NCBI GenBank assembly: GCA_032718475.1
Contig: JAUCBJ010004755.1
Location: 1-50,685 of the forward strand
Length of the DNA stretch: 50,685 nucleotides
From: Nemertoderma westbladi
Lineage: Eukaryota > Animalia > Xenacoelomorpha
Reading direction: 5' to 3'
Numbering within the stretch: position 1 is the first letter of the stretch; each line of letters starts with the position of its first letter. Positions 21,680-32,053 of the stretch are shown here, piece after piece. A model generated the notes under the pieces. That model worked only from the letters and a program-made list of their open reading frames with translations. It did no database searches and had not been told where the DNA came from. The translations under genes and the position numbers were made by a program.

Positions 21680-24600
21680 ATGAGTGTCTCAGACAAGGAG
21701 GCACTAGAGGACAGCTATGAGACGGCGGCCGGACCGCCGACTGACGATAGCGTAAATATTACTGTTGACGACAATGCCGACTATGACGACGCAGCGAGCG
21801 ACGCTGACGTAAGTGAACAGGAGGACGAGACAGTGACTAGTGAGGAAGAAGAACTACCTCAGGTAATAGTATTAGGATCCCCTACCGCTACTGTAAGGAA
21901 GGATTGTACAGCAACCCGACCAGAGGTGAGTGATAAGGAGGGTAGTGTAGCAGAAGCGAGAGCCCGGAGCCCGGTTTCCAGACCTGTGGGTATGGTAAGT
22001 GCCGTGGTCCCAGCGGCTGTAAGGAGTACCCGTAGTTCCCGAAATAATCCTTCAAGTCCACCGAGTGTAAGTCAGGTAAGTGATAGAGAGTTCGACATCG
22101 CGATAAAGAAGAAACTTCGCGCGCATGCCGGACATATAACTCGGACGGCGGACAAGGTAAGGAAGATGTTAGCTGACTCAGCCAACATCGGGAGGGTAGA
22201 GTTAGTAGAGATTAGAAGAGGATATAACTCAGCGTTATTCAAGCAGACGGAGGAGCTTGCAGTCCTAGCAAAGAAGGCAGTAGAGTCTCAGTCGAGCGAC
22301 GTAGCGACGAGGATTTACGACAGGGTTTTAGCAGCCTTGTTGGAGCACCGCGAGTTATCGGAGCGATTCCGACGAGTTAGGACGGAGAACTGGCTGCTAT
22401 GGGCATCACAAGCGCAGGCGACTCAAGTGAGTGACGCAGAGCTGAGAGAGTTAGTGGAGCGAGAAGAGATCCAAGACAAGGAGGAGCGCAGGTATCAAAG
22501 GGAAGTTACTAGCTGGCTGATGCAGAATGGAGTGGTGGTACCAGGTCAGGTGCTACCGACGACGGAGAACATCCAACAGAGGACGTTGACTCCACCCGAT
22601 GATGCATCTAGAGACAGCGGCGATTCCCAGGTTAGTCACGCGCGAGGTAAGGTAATATGTGCTAGATCCCTTGTTTCTCACAACTCGGCAGAGGAGAGAA
22701 GACGCCGACTAGACGAACAGCAGGCGGAAGTTTTGCGTGCATCAGAAGCACGGAAGGAAGCCGAGCGGGAACGGGAGCGAACACGTAAGTTAGACGCAAA
22801 GTTGCGAGAGTTGGAAGAGAAAAGTAAGCGCGAGCAAGCGGAACGCGAACGCAAGGAACGCGAACTCCAGTTCGAACGCGAACGCAAGGAACGCGAACTC
22901 CAGCTCGAACGCGAACAGAAGGAACGCGAACAAAAGGAACGCGAACTCCAGCTCGAACGCGAACAGAAGGAACGCGAACAAAAGGAATACGAACTCCAAC
23001 TCGAACGCGAGCGCAAGGAGCGCGAACTTGAGCGCGAGAGGGAGCGACGGGCGTTGTATGAAGAGAAGGCGCGTGTAGAAGAAGAGGGCGCAGCGAGACG
23101 AGCGAGGGAAGAAGAAGAACGTAAACTGGCGCAGTTGGAAAGTGCGAGATTAAGTTTAGAGAGCGAAGAACGGACTAGAAAGGCGAATGAAATCGCCGAG
23201 AAGGGGATGCGAATGATCGAAGAATGTGGGGCGAGTGTAGGTACTGAGTTGCGAGAACTGTTCGCACTGCAGAAGGCCGAACAGGAAGCGAGAACTCCGG
23301 CCATACGCGAGTCGACGACGACCAGAATTCCTATACCCGGTCCAGCTATTACGAGTACACGGATCGCTAAACCGTTCTCTACATATCGCACGCCAGTTGG
23401 TATTAGTGCTTCACCCATCGCGCAGAATCCACGTCATCGGAACATCGCACCACTACACACCGAACACGACGATGAAGAGTTTAGAGAAACTCCGACGGGA
23501 CGAGTACTTGGCGAACCGAACCCGCGGGTTTGGAATACGCGGACGGAGCGCCGACCCAGTTCGACGGAGAACTTCCGGGTTAAACCGGAAGAGGGATCAT
23601 ATGAGAGACAGCGGATTACTCAGATAGAGCCGACTATACAACAGAACCCTAGCCAGGAATTTATTACGAGGGATGAGTTAAGTGCTAGTTTAGCGCAAGC
23701 TATATCGCCGCACATCCAACCTATAACGGACATGCTTAGCAACCTACGGTTAAAGGAAGCAGCCCAGGTAAGAAGTAATTCTAATCCTAGCAGGCCTGAG
23801 TTAGATAAAGTCCAGCCTAGTCAACGAGTACGCATATCGGAGGAAACTATACCACATAGACCTCAGGTAAGGACGCCTGTCCCGAACATCTCTAATCCCA
23901 ACTTCGAAAACTCAGCTGAGAAATTTATTGAGGAGGCTTGGATCAGGGCCTCGGCGCGCAAACCATCGCGAGCGCTAAGGACTGACACTGAGTCAAGCGA
24001 TGAAGAGGAAGAAATGAGACGTCAGAAGTCCCGAAACTATAAGGAAAGAAGGACCGACGCGGAGCAGGTAAGTTGGAACCACCGGGAAAGGACCAGACTT
24101 AACAACCCTGCGGAACTAAACCATTTGTTAACCCGGAATGACGCAACCCTTAGGGACATAGGTAAGTTTGCTGCTAGGCAAGGACTGCCGACGCAACAAC
24201 CCCAGAAGTTTATGGGCAACCATAAGCATTGGAGGACCTTCAAAACCTATGTCGACGAGCAGCTAACCAACAGCACCTTTACTCCCAACGAGAAGTTCAA
24301 CTATTTGCTTCAGATGCTCCATCGAGAACCTAGAGCCATTGCTGATAACTTCGTCGGCAACGAGAGAGCATTCGAGTTAGCGATGAAGACGCTTAGTGAC
24401 ATCTACGGGAATAAAACCAAGATGGCGCAGTCGATAGTAGAAGACTTGGGTAAGGGCGGAAGGATTACAACTCCGTTAGAGCTGTTGAACTTAGCGAACG
24501 CTATTTCGAACGCATTGGACATCTTGAGGACGGTGAATCTACCTCATCATGGTGATCACGCCGAAGTTTTGAAAAGCGTAATAAGACGTCTAAACATGCG

Positions 24601-27600
24601 TTACCGACAGAAATGGCGCAAATTAGAGAATAAGTTGGAGGGTCAAGGTAAGGTGTTGACACTTCAGCATATTCATGACATGATAGCCACAGACGCAGTA
24701 GCAGAGATGAAATCAAACTTCTCAGAGGAGAATATGAGGGAGTCTAAACCTGCTACCGGTAAGTCTATGGTAAGTTTTGACGATGACAGGACCACTGTGA
24801 CTTATAACTCAGTAGACAGATATAATTCGAGTACCCCAGCCTTTAGATCAGACTCGCGAGTATGGTCAGGTGAGCGGTTAGATAGACCTAGGTTGAAGCA
24901 ACAGGAGTTGCCGGATGGATTTGTAGGTTGCCAATACTGTTTACTAAAGGAGGTAAGATCTGACGACCATAAGTTAGATAGTTGCAGACGGTTCAAAGAA
25001 TTAAATTCGGAACAGAGAAGAGTTCAAGTGCGGACGTTGGACACCTGTTGGGCATGTCTTGCGCCAGGTCATGTACGGCGACAGTGCCCGAACAGCAAGG
25101 ACGGATGCATGGAATGCGGCAGACTACATCACAAGTTGCTACATGCGGATTTCCATACCCCAACGGACCGTTACTTACAGCGAAATCCTCAAAGGAAGGG
25201 GAGCAAAGAACCCATATCGATAAGGAGGAATACGTACACTGGCATCCAGGACGATGGTTATCAACCAGGTTCGTCGGATGAGGATGGCGAGTTGAGCGCA
25301 AGAGAGGTGACCTGCCAAGGTTTCACCGCGGATAGTTCATCGACCAGCGCGCGGACGTATTTATCATCGGCCACGTCGGAAATATTTAGCGTGATTCCGG
25401 TGAAACTCACTGGAGATAAGGGATCGAAACGAATATATGTGATGTTGGACACTGCGTCCACATTATCCTATATCGACGAGGAAGTGGCGAGAGCCGTTTC
25501 TAGCTTCCAGGACGCTGAGGAGATCCAAATAGAGTTGAAGTCTATGCACGGGGTAGGAGACCTCAAGGGACACAGAATTTCGGTAGAACTTGATTCCCTA
25601 CTTCCGAGAGACCAACACACTCGACAAGAACGGAAAGCTTTGCCATTGGACGGATTTAAGTGTCTAGCTATGAAGGGATTCGGCAGGCAGTTAGGTAAGG
25701 TGCCGCCGATGAGTCCCATAGCACAGGAGTATTTTGACAAGCTCAGGATACCCAGACACCAGGTAGGTTATAGGAATGTTTCTATGTTGATTGGTGCAGA
25801 ACAGCTGATCGCACACCAGATATGGGAAACGAGACCAGCTGAGCCGCATGTCAACCGGCCACATGCCCATAGGACTATATTAGGTTGGTATACACGAGTA
25901 CCCATGTCTTATGAGTTTACAGGTGGCGACAAGCCAATGAACAGATACGATGAATTACAGCCTATAATTCAACCACCGTTAGTAGAACCACCAGACATAG
26001 ACGAGTTTAGGAGAACCTGCATTGACCACTATAGTGACTTTAGCGAGTCGGACGAGGAGTTGATTCCCGATAATGTTAGGTTGTCGGAACCGCTTCACAA
26101 CGACCGGACAGATAGTGAACCCGAGGACTACTGTTATCAGACCCGTGGGTCTGGTTCAGCGGCCCACGCTACCTATTTGACTAACGTTTTGACTTATACA
26201 GACATAGTGGAGGGTCAAGTGGCTAAATATCGAGACCTAGACATTTTCCAATACAGTGAGGAGGAATTACAGAAGGAATTGATACGCCAGGACCTCGAGA
26301 CAGGAGCCAGAACCGTCGAATGGCTGGATAGGGACGCAATGGAACCCGGTGGATATGACCTAGCCATGTCCACTGATGAAAAACGGTCGCTGGAGATGAT
26401 GGAAGATACCATACGTCTACTACCGACTGGACATTTTGAAGTTGGAATGTTGTGGCGTCGACAACCACCTAAGTTGGAGAACAACTACAACTTAGCCTTG
26501 AAAAGATTGAACGGAGTAAGGGCTCGGTTGTTGAGGAATCCAGGCATTAGGGAGAAGTATTGCGCCCAGATCAACAACTATTTCGCCAAGGGATTTGCTG
26601 GGAAGGTAGAGGACCCTGACTTAGTGACAGACCAGACTTATTACCTTCCACACCACTATGTGACTCACCCTGACAAGCCAGACAAAGTCCGAGTAGTCAA
26701 CGACTGCGCAGCAGTCTATAGAGGTATGTCCCTGAATTCAGAGTTGATGGATGGTCCCAACCTGAATAACTATTTGATTGGAATACTGTTACGTTTTAGA
26801 CAGCGGCGATTCGCATTTACTTGTGACATCGAGGCGATGTTCCACCAGGTAAGAGCCTGTAAGGCAGACCAGGATAGCCTTCGCTTTCTCTGGTACGAGA
26901 ATGAAGACTTATCCGGCCCAGTGGTTACATACCAGATGTACGTTAGGATATTTGGCGCCCGCGATAGTCCAAATGGCACGCTGTTTGTTCTAAAGAAAAC
27001 GGCAACAGCCCAGATTGGTAAGTATCCAGTAGAAGTAATCGAGTCCATCTTGAGAAACTTCTATATGGACGACGGATTGGTGTCCAAGGACACGGCGGAA
27101 CAAGCCATAGAAGTGGCTCACGGCCTGCAAGAGTGCTTGGCTACAGGGGGATTTCCTCTGACCAAGTTCACTACCAATTCGGAGGCCCTATTAGAGTCGT
27201 TCCCGGTAAAAGATCGCGGGAGCGGAGACATAGAATTGGGGGTAGAACCAATCCCCATGGCGCGAGTACTGGGACTCGCTTGGAATCCGAACTCAGACAA
27301 GTTCCAGGTAAGAGTTAGATTTGAGCCCAGTAGCCCAGACAAAGTTTTGACAAAGAGGATTTGCTTATCGACTTTAAGTAGACTATTTGACCCGATGAAC
27401 TTTATCAGTCCGGTTATATTACAGGCACGAGCGTGCATGAGGAAAATTTGGTTGTCCGACTTAGAGTGGGACGAACCAATATCTCCTATACATGCAAAGC
27501 AGTGGAGGGAGTGGGAAGCCGAGTTGCATCTATTGAAAAATATAGATGTACCCCGTTCCTACTTTCCGAATCAGCTGGTATTTCCAGCTGATCTCGAACT

Positions 27601-30016
27601 CCATCTGTTCAGTGACGCAAGTGACACCGGCTTTGGTATGGTAGCCTACCTTCGCCGAGAGGTAAGTCAGGACAAGTTTGAGACGGCCTTTGTGACTTCT
27701 AGATCAAAGACAATGCCGGTCAAATACATGACTGTCCCTCGTGCAGAGTTACAGGCGGCTGTAGTTTCAGTCGAGGTAAGTAAGCAAATAACAGAGGAAT
27801 TAGACACGACATTGACCTTATTCTATTGGACGGACGCATCCTTGGTGTTAGTATACATTGCGGCCGACAATATTGCACTAAAGACATTTGTGGCCAATAG
27901 ACGCGCTCAGATCGTTGATTTTTCGACGAAGGAACAATGGAGACATTGTCCGGGAGTGTTGAACCCGGCCGACATAACTTCGAGAGGTGCAATGCCGGCG
28001 GAATTCTGTCAGGAAGAGTCGCAGGAGTTTTGGTTGCATGGACCTGATTTTCTAACGAGGACACAGGAACATTGGCCAGAGCGACTAAAGATAGTGACCA
28101 ATCCGATGCCTGAAGATGCAGAAGTCAAAGTGGAGAAAGTCTCTAAGTCAAAGTCTAAAGCCAAACTTGAGTCATTGGAGCGGCCTGAAGAGTCATTGGA
28201 GTGGCCCGGAGACCTGTCAGACCAACAGACTTACGTGACTACTAGGTCCGGAAGGGTAAGTTATGACATCAAACCACCCTTACAGACTAAACCGGAGTCA
28301 CAATTGGTAAGTGACGGACAGAAAATGACCGACACAATGGATCCTTTGGTTTCCAAACCTGCGGGTTTGGATTCGAAACTTCCATTAGTTAGCGGACAAC
28401 CGTCGCTGGCATTAGAGTCATGCAGTGTTTATGACAAATTACTAAATTCGTCTGCCTCTTGGCTGACAATTTGTAAAAGAACTGCGTGGTTAAGCCGATA
28501 CATTTCGTACCTTTGTTTAAAACATTCGAAACATTTGAGAGAACCATTGAGCACCAATAGTGAGCGAATTCGGAAATTGAAACAACCTCTGACAGAGGAT
28601 GAGATTGATCAAGCGGAATTAAAGCATTTGAAACATTATCAGATGTGTGCCTTCCCAAAAGAATTCCATCTATTATCGGCTCAACGACCAGTTCTCTATA
28701 AACCCCTTAGAAAATGGAGTCCATTAATCCATAAGGGTTTAATTTGTCATAGATCGAGAATCCAGACTGTCGACATAAACTCACAGTTTCGGTTCCCAGT
28801 GATAATCCCTAGTCACCCAATAGAATTGCAAAGAGCGATTCTATGGGATATACACAAGAGGTTGCATCACGCGGGAAGGTTACACTGTTTGTCGGCAGCG
28901 AGACAGCGATTCATTCTATTGCAGCCAAGCAGGGCAGTAGGCACTATGTACGACGCCTGTCTGGTTTGCAAGAGGGTGAACGCCAGAGTATTGGAACAGG
29001 AGATGGCTGAACTCCCGGAAGCGAGAGTGCAGGCATATGACCCACCCTTTACGAACACAGGGGTGGACTGTTTTGGTCCGATTGAAGCAAAGAGTGGACG
29101 GCTGACCCACAAGCGATGGGGTCTGCTACTGACATGCATGGCTAGTAGAGCCATACATATCGAGCGTGTGGCAGACATGTCGACCAAATCTCTGCTCCTG
29201 GCCTTAAAGAGATTTATGGCCAGGAGAGGACTAGTAAAGGCGTTCTACTCCGATAAGGGTACAAACTTTGTCGGAGGGAATAGCGAGTTGAACGCGGCTC
29301 ATAAAGTAGCACAGAATAAGGAAATTTCTGCAGCGCTTTTGCCGCAACGAGTAGAATGGAGATTTAATACTCCAGAAAGTCCTTGGAGAGGAGGAAGTTG
29401 GGAGCGTTTAGTCCGCTCTGTGAAGCAGGCCATTGCTAAAACATTGCCTGTGAACAAACAACTTACCGACGACGAACTGGTTACAGCTTTCATTGAAATC
29501 GAGCATACCCTAAACTCGAGGCCGATAGCTATGTTGCCAGACGGTGTTGCATTAACGCCGAATCATTTGCTAATGCAGAGTCCAGCATTTCTTGTGCCGG
29601 CATCAGAACCCGTTAGTGCCGACCTATATAGTCGTAAAAGCTGGAAAGTAACACAATTAGTAGCGTACACATTCTGGGAATATTGGCGGGAATATTATCT
29701 TCCCACCATATCTACCAGAACAAAGTGGTACAAGACGGTTCGGAGTCTCCAAAGGGGAGATTACGTATTGATAACCGAACCCATTGTCAAGAGAAAGTAT
29801 TGGGAGACGGGAGTGATCTTGCACACACACCCAGACGTGCAAAACATAGTGCGCACAGTCACTGTGAAAATTAGGTGCAAGTGTCCGCACCCAAAAAAGT
29901 GTAAAACTAATGGCTTACACACCTTGGACCGACCGGTCCAAGATATTGTGTTATTAGAGGAGACACGTATCGAGACGGGAGATTATAATTTGTCTCCTGC
30001 CTCAAAACAGAATTAG
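21680..30016 (+). CDS. gag-pol: BEL/Pao Gag-Pol polyprotein, 2778 aa
   Basis: Coiled-coil Gag with a triple Cys/His knuckle (CQYC..H..C, CWAC..GH..C, CMEC...HHKLLH), protease MLDTAS, RT FYMDD, RNase H FSDAS/PRAEL/WTDA/NPAD, integrase HHCC and DDE core (GVDCFGP, SDKGTNF, WERLV). Confidence 0.97.
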   Translation: MSVSDKEALEDSYETAAGPPTDDSVNITVDDNADYDDAASDADVSEQEDETVTSEEEELPQVIVLGSPTATVRKDCTATRPEVSDKEGSVAEARARSPVSRPVGMVSAVVPAAVRSTRSSRNNPSSPPSVSQVSDREFDIAIKKKLRAHAGHITRTADKVRKMLADSANIGRVELVEIRRGYNSALFKQTEELAVLAKKAVESQSSDVATRIYDRVLAALLEHRELSERFRRVRTENWLLWASQAQATQVSDAELRELVEREEIQDKEERRYQREVTSWLMQNGVVVPGQVLPTTENIQQRTLTPPDDASRDSGDSQVSHARGKVICARSLVSHNSAEERRRRLDEQQAEVLRASEARKEAERERERTRKLDAKLRELEEKSKREQAERERKERELQFERERKERELQLEREQKEREQKERELQLEREQKEREQKEYELQLERERKERELERERERRALYEEKARVEEEGAARRAREEEERKLAQLESARLSLESEERTRKANEIAEKGMRMIEECGASVGTELRELFALQKAEQEARTPAIRESTTTRIPIPGPAITSTRIAKPFSTYRTPVGISASPIAQNPRHRNIAPLHTEHDDEEFRETPTGRVLGEPNPRVWNTRTERRPSSTENFRVKPEEGSYERQRITQIEPTIQQNPSQEFITRDELSASLAQAISPHIQPITDMLSNLRLKEAAQVRSNSNPSRPELDKVQPSQRVRISEETIPHRPQVRTPVPNISNPNFENSAEKFIEEAWIRASARKPSRALRTDTESSDEEEEMRRQKSRNYKERRTDAEQVSWNHRERTRLNNPAELNHLLTRNDATLRDIGKFAARQGLPTQQPQKFMGNHKHWRTFKTYVDEQLTNSTFTPNEKFNYLLQMLHREPRAIADNFVGNERAFELAMKTLSDIYGNKTKMAQSIVEDLGKGGRITTPLELLNLANAISNALDILRTVNLPHHGDHAEVLKSVIRRLNMRYRQKWRKLENKLEGQGKVLTLQHIHDMIATDAVAEMKSNFSEENMRESKPATGKSMVSFDDDRTTVTYNSVDRYNSSTPAFRSDSRVWSGERLDRPRLKQQELPDGFVGCQYCLLKEVRSDDHKLDSCRRFKELNSEQRRVQVRTLDTCWACLAPGHVRRQCPNSKDGCMECGRLHHKLLHADFHTPTDRYLQRNPQRKGSKEPISIRRNTYTGIQDDGYQPGSSDEDGELSAREVTCQGFTADSSSTSARTYLSSATSEIFSVIPVKLTGDKGSKRIYVMLDTASTLSYIDEEVARAVSSFQDAEEIQIELKSMHGVGDLKGHRISVELDSLLPRDQHTRQERKALPLDGFKCLAMKGFGRQLGKVPPMSPIAQEYFDKLRIPRHQVGYRNVSMLIGAEQLIAHQIWETRPAEPHVNRPHAHRTILGWYTRVPMSYEFTGGDKPMNRYDELQPIIQPPLVEPPDIDEFRRTCIDHYSDFSESDEELIPDNVRLSEPLHNDRTDSEPEDYCYQTRGSGSAAHATYLTNVLTYTDIVEGQVAKYRDLDIFQYSEEELQKELIRQDLETGARTVEWLDRDAMEPGGYDLAMSTDEKRSLEMMEDTIRLLPTGHFEVGMLWRRQPPKLENNYNLALKRLNGVRARLLRNPGIREKYCAQINNYFAKGFAGKVEDPDLVTDQTYYLPHHYVTHPDKPDKVRVVNDCAAVYRGMSLNSELMDGPNLNNYLIGILLRFRQRRFAFTCDIEAMFHQVRACKADQDSLRFLWYENEDLSGPVVTYQMYVRIFGARDSPNGTLFVLKKTATAQIGKYPVEVIESILRNFYMDDGLVSKDTAEQAIEVAHGLQECLATGGFPLTKFTTNSEALLESFPVKDRGSGDIELGVEPIPMARVLGLAWNPNSDKFQVRVRFEPSSPDKVLTKRICLSTLSRLFDPMNFISPVILQARACMRKIWLSDLEWDEPISPIHAKQWREWEAELHLLKNIDVPRSYFPNQLVFPADLELHLFSDASDTGFGMVAYLRREVSQDKFETAFVTSRSKTMPVKYMTVPRAELQAAVVSVEVSKQITEELDTTLTLFYWTDASLVLVYIAADNIALKTFVANRRAQIVDFSTKEQWRHCPGVLNPADITSRGAMPAEFCQEESQEFWLHGPDFLTRTQEHWPERLKIVTNPMPEDAEVKVEKVSKSKSKAKLESLERPEESLEWPGDLSDQQTYVTTRSGRVSYDIKPPLQTKPESQLVSDGQKMTDTMDPLVSKPAGLDSKLPLVSGQPSLALESCSVYDKLLNSSASWLTICKRTAWLSRYISYLCLKHSKHLREPLSTNSERIRKLKQPLTEDEIDQAELKHLKHYQMCAFPKEFHLLSAQRPVLYKPLRKWSPLIHKGLICHRSRIQTVDINSQFRFPVIIPSHPIELQRAILWDIHKRLHHAGRLHCLSAARQRFILLQPSRAVGTMYDACLVCKRVNARVLEQEMAELPEARVQAYDPPFTNTGVDCFGPIEAKSGRLTHKRWGLLLTCMASRAIHIERVADMSTKSLLLALKRFMARRGLVKAFYSDKGTNFVGGNSELNAAHKVAQNKEISAALLPQRVEWRFNTPESPWRGGSWERLVRSVKQAIAKTLPVNKQLTDDELVTAFIEIEHTLNSRPIAMLPDGVALTPNHLLMQSPAFLVPASEPVSADLYSRKSWKVTQLVAYTFWEYWREYYLPTISTRTKWYKTVRSLQRGDYVLITEPIVKRKYWETGVILHTHPDVQNIVRTVTVKIRCKCPHPKKCKTNGLHTLDRPVQDIVLLEETRIETGDYNLSPASKQN
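22835..23045 (+). repeat. Coding tandem repeat (ERE-QKERELQL) in the Gag coiled coil
   Basis: gaacgcgaa...aaggaacgcgaactccagctc units. Confidence 0.85.
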
Positions 30017-30772
30017 TGTTGGACGCAACTCACTTCGTATGCATTCCTCGTATGCAAATACAAGGAAATGCATAGGAGCGGGGTTGTGGTGATTTGCGTT
30101 GAGTTTTGTCTGGTGGGTATCAAAACAAAATTTTATTTCAAAATTTTTGGAAAATTAGAAAATTTTAAAAATTAGAAAAGTGAACCCAAGACAATTCCAG
30201 ACGCTGTGTATAGACGCGTTTTAGAATTCGTCTATAGACAAACAGTAATTTGAAAAGTCGTGAAGCCTGGAAAATAGCATTTAGAAACCATGGTGACGGC
30301 TATATTACGTAGGAGTGTAAATTGAGTTTAGCAACTTCCACAGATTGGTGCCAACAGTGCAACTAGGGTGCTAAAGGTTAGTAGCACCAGAGGCGTGCAC
30401 GGACCCCACTCAGTAGTTTGCAGGATGTGTGATGTTCGATTATCAAACCTGTGGGTTTGGTATAGTCGAGTATTGTGGCTATGGTCCTTTCTAACTACTG
30501 TAGTTTAGTACGAGTAATGGGAGTAGTTTGGGCATCAAAAAGTGAGTTGGTCACGGCCAGTTTATCTCCAAAGTTTTTGCGCTATGCATGGGAATAGGTT
30601 AGAGGATAGTTAGTTAGGAAGAGACGGGATCTAGAGAGTCGAACCTGAACTGCTGGAAGGCGGAGGGGGTTCGGGAGGTCTGTCTTTCGGCGGCATCTAA
30701 CTGATTTACCCACAGTGTAGTTGGTTACGTAACGGCACTTATTGGGATATATATGTATATACGCGGGGCATA

Positions 30773-31480
30773 ATGGAGAAGGATATTAGAGCGCAACCGC
30801 GCAGAGGATTTACTGCCGGAGAGGAGGCGGAGTTACCATTCGCGCGACCGGGATGTAAAGATTCGAACGTTTACTACCATGGGCGGTCGGTGATGGAGCT
30901 AAATGGGAAATACAAACCCACGATTCCCGACCGACTAGACGAGCAACATCCAGAACCGATATTAACGCGTTGTCAAGCTCACCAGTTCCTTAGATATAAC
31001 GAGGGAGGTTACCCGATGAGCGACCCGATGATCAGTATCGACTTTAGCGGAAGGCGACCTCCGAGACCCATTACGCCGACCGTTACGACATTAGATCCGT
31101 ATACGGAGATTAAACCCTGTTTGACACCCAGTTTGATAGACACGGCAGCGGCCATTTCGCTATACCGAGCCTATAAAGACCTAGAGGCGCGGCGCGAAGC
31201 GGTACGGGACTCGAGTTCCTGGACCACGTTCACTTCGCTTCACCAGGAAGGAAGGTCACGCCTGAGTATCCAGACGAGATTCGCGCCGTCCATCCGTCTA
31301 CTAACTATACCCACGATCCACGGTTTATACGATATTTACTCCAAATTATTTCGGGAAGTTTCGACGAACGCATTATTAAGCCCGAATATGTCCAATCCTT
31401 TATATATCATCGTCGCTCTGATATATACGTCTAGATTTATTACCCAGCGCACAATTGGCGGCCTAAGGAGACTCGTTTGA
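30773..31480 (+). CDS. Accessory ORF2 of unknown function in the BEL element; may extend through in-frame TGAs to 31840 or 31945
   Basis: 235-aa ATG ORF in a GC-rich block, preceded by a branch-point-like ctaac (30697) and a cacag acceptor (30715). The same frame reopens at 31490-31837 and 31841-31942. Confidence 0.6.
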   Translation: MEKDIRAQPRRGFTAGEEAELPFARPGCKDSNVYYHGRSVMELNGKYKPTIPDRLDEQHPEPILTRCQAHQFLRYNEGGYPMSDPMISIDFSGRRPPRPITPTVTTLDPYTEIKPCLTPSLIDTAAAISLYRAYKDLEARREAVRDSSSWTTFTSLHQEGRSRLSIQTRFAPSIRLLTIPTIHGLYDIYSKLFREVSTNALLSPNMSNPLYIIVALIYTSRFITQRTIGGLRRLV

Positions 31481-32053
31481 GGTCATTGACCTCTGAACGA
31501 GTGGAGGATCAGGACCGCCGCGCCCACAGCGACAACAGCCGGAGCTCACAGCTCGCGGCAAGTACCAGAAGGAGGAGTCCTTGGCAAGCGTCAAGCCAAG
31601 GACGAGCAGTTCTATTCGACGGTTGAAGAAAAGGAGTTGGCGGAGGCGCCCACAGGGACACGGCAAATGGGACGAGGCCGAGGGAGGAGCACCAGTCAGG
31701 AGATAGTCGGTGCCCAGGGAATGTCGTCGCCGGTTCCGGGAAGTGACGCCTCAAGGACGCCGTCAACAGAGTCTACAGGGGGTAGACTGGTGTATCTGGA
31801 GAAGGGAGCGAGCCCGAGAGACCCAGGAGCTAGCCGATGAGACTATAATATCACGGAGCGACAAACTCTAGACATATACATCATCGTCGCTCTGATGTAT
31901 ATCGTAGGTTTTGATCAATCATTCGACTGGACTCATATACACTAGTCGTATCCATATTTTAGAGTTTTATTTTCGAAGGCCGAAAAATATTGAAAGGAAA
32001 TACTTTATTTTGTAGTCCGATTGGAAATAGTAAATACTTTAACTATATTTGAT

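Noticed and set aside
22678-23418. 246-aa antisense ORF and other small ORFs overlapping gag-pol
   Set aside because: Shadow frames of the repetitive, GC-richer coding strand with no recognisable motifs.
30773-31480. ORF2 as an envelope gene
   Set aside because: No signal peptide, Cys-rich ectodomain or clear membrane anchor, and too short.
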